Source of the DNA: Candidatus Enterousia sp.
Lineage (GTDB): Bacteria; Pseudomonadota; Alphaproteobacteria; Rs-D84
Direction: 5' to 3'
DNA: 64,000 bases
Assembly (NCBI GenBank): GCA_045635825.1
Contig: JAZTWM010000001.1
Location: 52,358-116,357 of the forward strand
Below, one piece after another: positions 58,401 through 64,000 of this stretch. Both the position numbers and the translations under genes were made by a program. The first letter of the stretch is position 1. The number at the start of each line of letters is the position of its first letter. The notes beneath the pieces are model-generated. The model saw nothing but the letters and a program-made list of their open reading frames with translations, had not been told where the DNA came from and did no database searches.

Positions 58401-60197
58401 ATGGTAAAAGTAAAAGAAAACAAAAACGCACCTAAAAAGGGTGACACACCAAAAACACCACGTGCAATTCGTGGTGAAAACAAACACGAAATCGATGCTA
58501 ATGATGACAAGATTTACTTTATGGCATTGGGTGGCCTGGAACACATTGGCCAGAATATGTACATCTATAAATATCGTGGTAAATATCTGGTTGTTGATTG
58601 TGGTATGGGATTTCTGGACGAAGAAATCGGGGCAGGGGACGTTCAATATTGCGATACAACATGGTTGGAAAAACGAAAAAAAGATGTTGTTGGCTTTATT
58701 GTAACCCATGGCCACGAAGACCATATCGGTGCATTGAAATACATTTGGCCAAAGTTTAGAAAGCCAATTTATTGCACACGTTTCCCCGCAGAGATTTTGC
58801 GTCGCACATTTGCGGGTATTGAAATGGACTTTAATCCAAATACAGACATTGTTGAATTTGACCACAATGGTGCAACATTGGATTTAAATCCTTTTACTGT
58901 TGAAACGTTCCATGTCACCCACAGTGTGCCAGAGGCCCAGATGTTAATCATACAAACACCTGCGGGTAAGATTTTGCATACAGGCGACTGGACATTCAAT
59001 GATGATATTCCAATCGAAGCACCAACGGATTTTGCACGCCTGTCTGCAATTGGTTCTGATCCAAAATTGTTGGCATGTATGTGTGATTCCACCAACTCGT
59101 CACGTCAAACAAAACAGACAACCGAAACCCAGGTTCGTGAAACACTGACCGAAATTATGAAGAATGCACCCGGGCGTGTATTGGTTACCGGTTATTCACG
59201 CAGTTTGGCACGTATCAAAATGTTTGCTGAGGCTGCACGTGCCGCAGGTCGTATCGCCTGTATCAAAGAACGCAGTAATCCAAACCCGGTTCCATATGTT
59301 GGCCTGCCAGAGTTTCGTGAAATGGGCATTCAATTTGGCTATTTGAACAAAGACGATGTTTATCTGCACAGCGAAATCAAAGATTTACCTGCAGAAAAAC
59401 AGGCGATTTTCTTGACTGGTTCCCAGGGTGAAAAGTTTGCAATGCTGACCCGTCTGTGTCATGGCCAGGTCAAAGAATTAAAGTTGCAACCAACTGATAC
59501 AATCGTGTTCAGTGCAATTATTATCCCAGGTCGTGAACAGGATGTGTCATACCTGTATAATAAATTGGCACGTATGGGTGTTAAAACACACACTATCTTT
59601 GATACCGATAACTTACACGCCAGCGGTCATGCCGGTCGCCCTGAATTGGAACGTTTTTATGATATGGTACACCCCCAGGTGTCTATCCCAATGCATGGTG
59701 ACTATATCAACGAAATGTTGAATGGTAAAATGGCGATGGAACGTGGCGGTGCAAAACACATGATGGTCGTGCATAATGGCGAAATGGTTGCACTAAGTGA
59801 CGGTGCCGAACCATATGTTGCCGAAACAATTGAAACCAGTTATGTTGTTATGGAAGGTGAAACAGAACGCAGTGCCAACGATCAAGTTTATAAAAATCGT
59901 AAAAAGATTGCTTCAAATGGCGCGGTGTTTGTGACCTTGCCTGTGGACAAGCGTGGCTTCCTAAAAGGTGTGCCCGAGGTTTCCAGTGCTGGTATCTTTG
60001 AATCTGATGAAACTGGCTTCATGAAGCGTCAAATTCAAATTGAAATCAGTCGTGCAATCGATGGCTTGACCAAAACCGAACGCAAAGACCGTAATAACTT
60101 GGTGCGTGCGGTTCAGGTTGCCTCAAATAAAGTGGTACGTGCGGCACTTGGTGCGGACAAGAAACCACAATATAGTGTTCACTTTATCCAAAAGTAA
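58401..60197 (+). CDS. rnj: ribonuclease J (MBL/beta-CASP)
   Basis: VVDCGMGF..VTHGHEDHIGAL; ~560-aa core plus a Lys-rich N-terminal tail. Confidence 0.8.
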   Translation: MVKVKENKNAPKKGDTPKTPRAIRGENKHEIDANDDKIYFMALGGLEHIGQNMYIYKYRGKYLVVDCGMGFLDEEIGAGDVQYCDTTWLEKRKKDVVGFIVTHGHEDHIGALKYIWPKFRKPIYCTRFPAEILRRTFAGIEMDFNPNTDIVEFDHNGATLDLNPFTVETFHVTHSVPEAQMLIIQTPAGKILHTGDWTFNDDIPIEAPTDFARLSAIGSDPKLLACMCDSTNSSRQTKQTTETQVRETLTEIMKNAPGRVLVTGYSRSLARIKMFAEAARAAGRIACIKERSNPNPVPYVGLPEFREMGIQFGYLNKDDVYLHSEIKDLPAEKQAIFLTGSQGEKFAMLTRLCHGQVKELKLQPTDTIVFSAIIIPGREQDVSYLYNKLARMGVKTHTIFDTDNLHASGHAGRPELERFYDMVHPQVSIPMHGDYINEMLNGKMAMERGGAKHMMVVHNGEMVALSDGAEPYVAETIETSYVVMEGETERSANDQVYKNRKKIASNGAVFVTLPVDKRGFLKGVPEVSSAGIFESDETGFMKRQIQIEISRAIDGLTKTERKDRNNLVRAVQVASNKVVRAALGADKKPQYSVHFIQK

Positions 60198-60200
60198 ACC

Positions 60201-60226
60201 AAATCCCCACATTGTGGGGATTTTTT
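60201..60226. terminator. terminator AAATCCCCAC-ATT-GTGGGGATTTTTT downstream of rnj
   Basis: Same terminator family. Confidence 0.6.
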
Positions 60227-60397
60227 ATTATGCCTTGCAAAACAGGATTAAATGCTGTAATATAAAAAACATGACAGTTCGTTTTATTAATTTTTACTGT
60301 TGTCGCTAAAACTGCAATTTCCGCAAACTGTTTTCGTTTGCATTTCCAAAACTCAATTATTAAAATCCAAAAACAAAAGCCGAAAAAGGAACGTATT

Positions 60398-61822
60398 ATG
60401 ACGATTAAATTATACAATACATTGACCCGTAAACTAGAAGACTTTAAACCTTTAGAACCAGGCAAGGTTGGTTTTTACTCATGCGGTCCAACGGTTTATC
60501 ACTATACACATTTGGGCAACCTGCGTACGTTTTTGCATAATGACTTCCTAAAGCGTATGTTCATGGCAAATGGTTATGATGTGCGTCATGTTATGAATAT
60601 CACAGACGTTGGGCATTTGACCAATGATGAAGATGATTCTGGCGAAGACAAGATGGAAAAAGGGGCGGCACGTGACAACAAATCGGTGTGGGATATTGCT
60701 AATTTCTACAAAGGTGAATTCCTGCGTGACTTTAACGATTTGAATATGATTATGCCGTCGGTTATGCCACATGCGACAGACTATATTGCAGAACAAATCG
60801 AATTAGTTCAAAAGTTGCAAGAACTGGGTTACACATATGAAATCCCAGGGGATGGTATTTATTATGACACTTCTAAATTCGCAGCATATGGCGCCCTAAC
60901 AGGTGGTTCCCTGTCTGGTAATCGTGCAGGTGCACGTGTCGGTTTTAATGACGCTAAACGTAATCCTTATGATTTTGCATTGTGGAAGTTTTCGCCCCAA
61001 GATGCAAAACGCCAAATGGAATGGGATAGTCCATGGGGTGTCGGTTTCCCTGGTTGGCATGCAGAGTGCAGCGCAATGAGTATGAAGTTATTGGGAAGTC
61101 ATTTTGATATTCATACCGGTGGCGAAGATCTTTCACGTGTGCATCACGCAAATGAAATCGCACAAAGTGAACCGATTACTGGGGCACCATGGGTGAATAC
61201 ATGGTTGCATTACAGTTTCTTGTTGGATAAATCCGGCGAAAAAATGGCCAAGTCCAAAGGTGAGTTCCTGGGGATGGATGCGGTTCGTAATCGTGGTTAT
61301 GATCCAATGGTGTACCGCTATTTTGTTGCCATGGGTCATTATCAATCACAGTTGGCGTTCTCATGGGAAACTATGGATTCAACCGCTAAAAGTTATGCGA
61401 ACCTGGTTCGTCGTGTTGCAGATATATTGTCTGCGGAAAATGACGTTGTAAATCAGGCGGTCTATGGCAAATGGCATGACGATATGCTGGCTGTATTGTC
61501 TGATAATCTAAAGACTGCATCCGTTTTAGTCATGGTCCAGGATTTTATTAAGTCTGCAGATATCGACAATGCAACCAAATTAGCGTTGGTCCGTTTTGCG
61601 GATGAATTATTGGGGCTTCAGTTTATTGATCGTGCAAAAAAATTGGTTGCGCTGGAAAACGAAGCGGCGCCTGCCGATATTATTGCGTTGGCTGAACGTC
61701 GTGCAGCAGCCAAGGCAAACAAAGATTGGGGGATGGCCGATGCTTTGCGTGCCGAAATTGATGCGGCCGGTTGGACGGTTCTGGATGGGCGTGACGGCTA
61801 CAAAATCGTCAAGAAGTCATAA
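60398..61822 (+). CDS. cysS: cysteinyl-tRNA synthetase
   Basis: YSCGPTVYHYTHLGN (HIGH), WHAECS zinc site, KMAKSKG (KMSKS); start trimmed to MTIKLYNT. Confidence 0.9.
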   Translation: MTIKLYNTLTRKLEDFKPLEPGKVGFYSCGPTVYHYTHLGNLRTFLHNDFLKRMFMANGYDVRHVMNITDVGHLTNDEDDSGEDKMEKGAARDNKSVWDIANFYKGEFLRDFNDLNMIMPSVMPHATDYIAEQIELVQKLQELGYTYEIPGDGIYYDTSKFAAYGALTGGSLSGNRAGARVGFNDAKRNPYDFALWKFSPQDAKRQMEWDSPWGVGFPGWHAECSAMSMKLLGSHFDIHTGGEDLSRVHHANEIAQSEPITGAPWVNTWLHYSFLLDKSGEKMAKSKGEFLGMDAVRNRGYDPMVYRYFVAMGHYQSQLAFSWETMDSTAKSYANLVRRVADILSAENDVVNQAVYGKWHDDMLAVLSDNLKTASVLVMVQDFIKSADIDNATKLALVRFADELLGLQFIDRAKKLVALENEAAPADIIALAERRAAAKANKDWGMADALRAEIDAAGWTVLDGRDGYKIVKKS

Positions 61823-61826
61823 AACA

Positions 61827-61856
61827 ATGCCCGATATATTCGGGCATAATTTTTTT
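61827..61856. terminator. intrinsic terminator ATGCCCGA-TATAT-TCGGGCAT plus T-run downstream of cysS
   Basis: Perfect 8-bp stem followed by AATTTTTTT. Confidence 0.6.
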
Positions 61857-61922
61857 ATAATTAATGGCTTGAATTTTTGGCTTTTTATGCTATATTACCC
61901 GCGTTAACAAGAGGAAATTTCC

Positions 61923-62474
61923 ATGAACTATCCATACATGCCTAAGTCTACGGCCCTGTGGTTGATTGAAAACACAGCGCTGACATTTGAACAAATCGCA
62001 GAGTTCTGTGGTTTGCATGAATTAGAAGTAAAAAATATTGCAGATGCTGAAACATACAAGATTCAGCCATTAAACCCAATCTTAAGTGGTCAGTTGACAC
62101 GTGAAGATATTGAAAAATGCGAAGCAGACGAAAACGCACGCCTGACATTACGCAGTGAAATTGTCGAAGTACAGAAAAAACAAAACAAACGTGGTGTTGG
62201 CTATACCCCAAAATTGCACCGTCAAAATCGTTTGGGCGGTATCTTGTGGATTGTAAAGAACTATCCAGATTTAACAGACGGCCAGATTGCACGCTTGATG
62301 CGCAGTACAAATCCAACCGTTGCATCTGTTCGCAATAAAACACATAAATCTTATTCCTTGATACAGATTCAAAGCCCAATCGTATTGGGTTTGGTGTCGG
62401 AATCTGCAATTCATGATGCCGTTGCCAAGGCACAAAAGCAGGCAAATGCACCTAAGAAGAAAAAGAAAAAATAA
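61923..62474 (+). CDS. DUF1013-like conserved alphaproteobacterial protein with poly-Lys C-terminus
   Basis: Position upstream of rpoD and composition fit the alphaproteobacterial DUF1013 family; the family assignment is from memory only. Confidence 0.4.
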   Translation: MNYPYMPKSTALWLIENTALTFEQIAEFCGLHELEVKNIADAETYKIQPLNPILSGQLTREDIEKCEADENARLTLRSEIVEVQKKQNKRGVGYTPKLHRQNRLGGILWIVKNYPDLTDGQIARLMRSTNPTVASVRNKTHKSYSLIQIQSPIVLGLVSESAIHDAVAKAQKQANAPKKKKKK

Positions 62475-62539
62475 AGATTTATCAAACTTTTTCTATTGGA
62501 TACATCTGTTAAACAAACAAACTGCGACGGGGAATTTTT

Positions 62540-64000
62540 ATGGCAAAAAAACTGGACGAAGCAACAAAATTACTGATAGATTCGTTACCTGAAAACCTGC
62601 AAAAACTGGCGATGTCTGCAATCGAAGTCGGTTATATGTCACAAATGGACTTTACCGCTGCGACCGAAGCAGACGAAGTCCCAGAAGAAGAACAAGACGA
62701 AGTCTTAGACTTCTTTCAACAGGATTTGGGTGTTGAAATACTGGAATCTGATAACTACCCCCAAGATTTGGGCCGTTATTATGATAATGACGATGACGAG
62801 CCACGTGACAAGACACGCAATCTATTGAATGCCGATGCAGAGCAGGTTGATGTCAATGATGATGACTATGAACATTATGCTAAGCAGTTGGAACGCAGTC
62901 AAACCGGTTCCTTGGTATTGGGGATTCAGGATTCTGTTCAGTCGTATTTGAAACAAATTGGAACGGTTCAGCTGTTGACAGCGGCTGGTGAAGTTGCCAT
63001 CGCACAAAGAATCGAGGCTGCATCTCGCCTAATGGTCTATGGACTGTGTGAAAGCCCAATGACAATTCAGGCAATGTTAGACTGGTATCAGCAACTGTTA
63101 AACGAAGATATCCGTCTGCGTTATATTGTGAATCTGGAAGTTATGTATTCCAGTGAATCTGAACAGAAATCCTTGGTCGCTTTGTCCGAGGCACTAAAGT
63201 CCAAAGGTGTAGAGCAGGTTGATGATTTAGATGATGACGATTTAGATGATCTGACTGATACTGGTGTCGAAGAAGACGAAGAAGACGAAGAAGATGAAGA
63301 TGGTGGCAAAAAAGAAGATACACCACGTAGTACATCTGGTGTGCCAATCCCAGTAATGGAAGAATCTTTGATGCCAATGGTTTTGGATTTGTTCTCTAAA
63401 ATCAAACGCATATTCAACAGTATGCAAAAACTGCAGGCCAAGCGTTTGGACAATTTGTTGACATCTGATACGCCTGATTCTGCATTAGAAAAGAAATATA
63501 ACAAAATGCGTTTAGAATTGTTCGAACACGTCAGCAAGATTAGATTGAACGATGATCGTGTCGCCGAGATTTTAGAACAGTTGACTAAACGTGACCAATT
63601 GTTAATGGGGTTAGAGGGTAAATTATTGCGTTTAGCAATGGCCAACAAGATTAAACGTGAAGATTTCTTGGCCGAATATGCTGGCAATGAATTAAACCGC
63701 AACTGGGTCAAGAAATTGACCAAGCACAAAGATGCCACCTGGTCATCGTTTGCCAAAAAACACGAAGCGGATATTCTGAAAATCCAAGAAGATATCACCG
63801 CAATCGCCAACGAAACAGGCCAGCCAACCGCCGAATATAAAAAGGTTGTTGAACTTGTTCGTCGTGGCCAAACCGAAGCCGCTCGTGCAAAGCGTGAAAT
63901 GATAGAAGCGAACCTGCGTCTGGTTATCAAATTTGCAAAAAAATCCAGTAATCGTGGTCTGGGGCTGGATTTTTCGGACTTGGTTCAAGATGGTAATATC
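62540..64000 (+). CDS. rpoD: RNA polymerase sigma-70 factor RpoD (3' end beyond the window)
   Basis: Region 1.1 acidic N-terminus; non-conserved acidic repeat region; region 2 onset MIEANLRLVIKFAKKSSNRGLGLDFSDLVQDGNI at the window edge. Confidence 0.85.
   Translation, partial: MAKKLDEATKLLIDSLPENLQKLAMSAIEVGYMSQMDFTAATEADEVPEEEQDEVLDFFQQDLGVEILESDNYPQDLGRYYDNDDDEPRDKTRNLLNADAEQVDVNDDDYEHYAKQLERSQTGSLVLGIQDSVQSYLKQIGTVQLLTAAGEVAIAQRIEAASRLMVYGLCESPMTIQAMLDWYQQLLNEDIRLRYIVNLEVMYSSESEQKSLVALSEALKSKGVEQVDDLDDDDLDDLTDTGVEEDEEDEEDEDGGKKEDTPRSTSGVPIPVMEESLMPMVLDLFSKIKRIFNSMQKLQAKRLDNLLTSDTPDSALEKKYNKMRLELFEHVSKIRLNDDRVAEILEQLTKRDQLLMGLEGKLLRLAMANKIKREDFLAEYAGNELNRNWVKKLTKHKDATWSSFAKKHEADILKIQEDITAIANETGQPTAEYKKVVELVRRGQTEAARAKREMIEANLRLVIKFAKKSSNRGLGLDFSDLVQDGNI

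Noticed and set aside
63121-63930. 269-aa minus-strand ORF with poly-Ser stretch
   Set aside because: Antisense shadow of the rpoD acidic repeat region (GAA/GAT repeats read as Ser/Leu on the other strand).

Overview
This 64-kb window is a chromosomal segment with alphaproteobacterial gene order (frr-uppS-cdsA-rseP-bamA, tilS-ftsH, DUF1013-rpoD) and a divergent GroEL, suggesting a Rickettsiales/Holosporales-like lineage at roughly 40% GC. Most of it is housekeeping: lysS, trpS, cysS, recG, groES/groEL, pnp, rne-like, rnj, rph, tgt, queA, era, rpsD, hup, xerC, rpmG, plus tRNA-Leu, tRNA-Gly, tRNA-His and tRNA-Ala. Five regions look accessory. (1) 28-2234 is a fragment of a podovirus-like structural module: a T7 gp8-like head-tail connector and a tail-fibre N-domain stub. 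(2) 2261-6942 is a 3-gene polysaccharide-modification operon containing two unusual fusions, GT2 + pyruvyl transferase and polysaccharide deacetylase + radical SAM/SPASM. (3) 10984-13333 is a 2.1-kb islet flanked by ~105-bp imperfect direct repeats and abutting the 3' end of tRNA-His. It encodes a MuF-C-terminal/GH24-lysozyme fusion, a secreted protein and a lipoprotein, with no integrase; next to it lie a tandem partial copy of tRNA-Ala and two coiled-coil hypothetical proteins. (4) 21685-24014 sits directly downstream of bamA, where skp normally lies, and encodes a small lipoprotein, two tandem VirB8-like N-anchored periplasmic proteins and a secreted acidic protein; this is the best candidate for an undescribed type IV secretion-related envelope module. 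(5) 24421-28285 is a mixed accessory block: small lipoprotein, membrane-anchored bactofilin-like protein, hydrolase lipoprotein, GNAT, methyltransferase. A family of near-identical intrinsic terminators (A-tract / CCCC(C)-loop-GGGG(G) / T-tract) recurs throughout. All calls rest on motif recognition by eye; no database searches were run.
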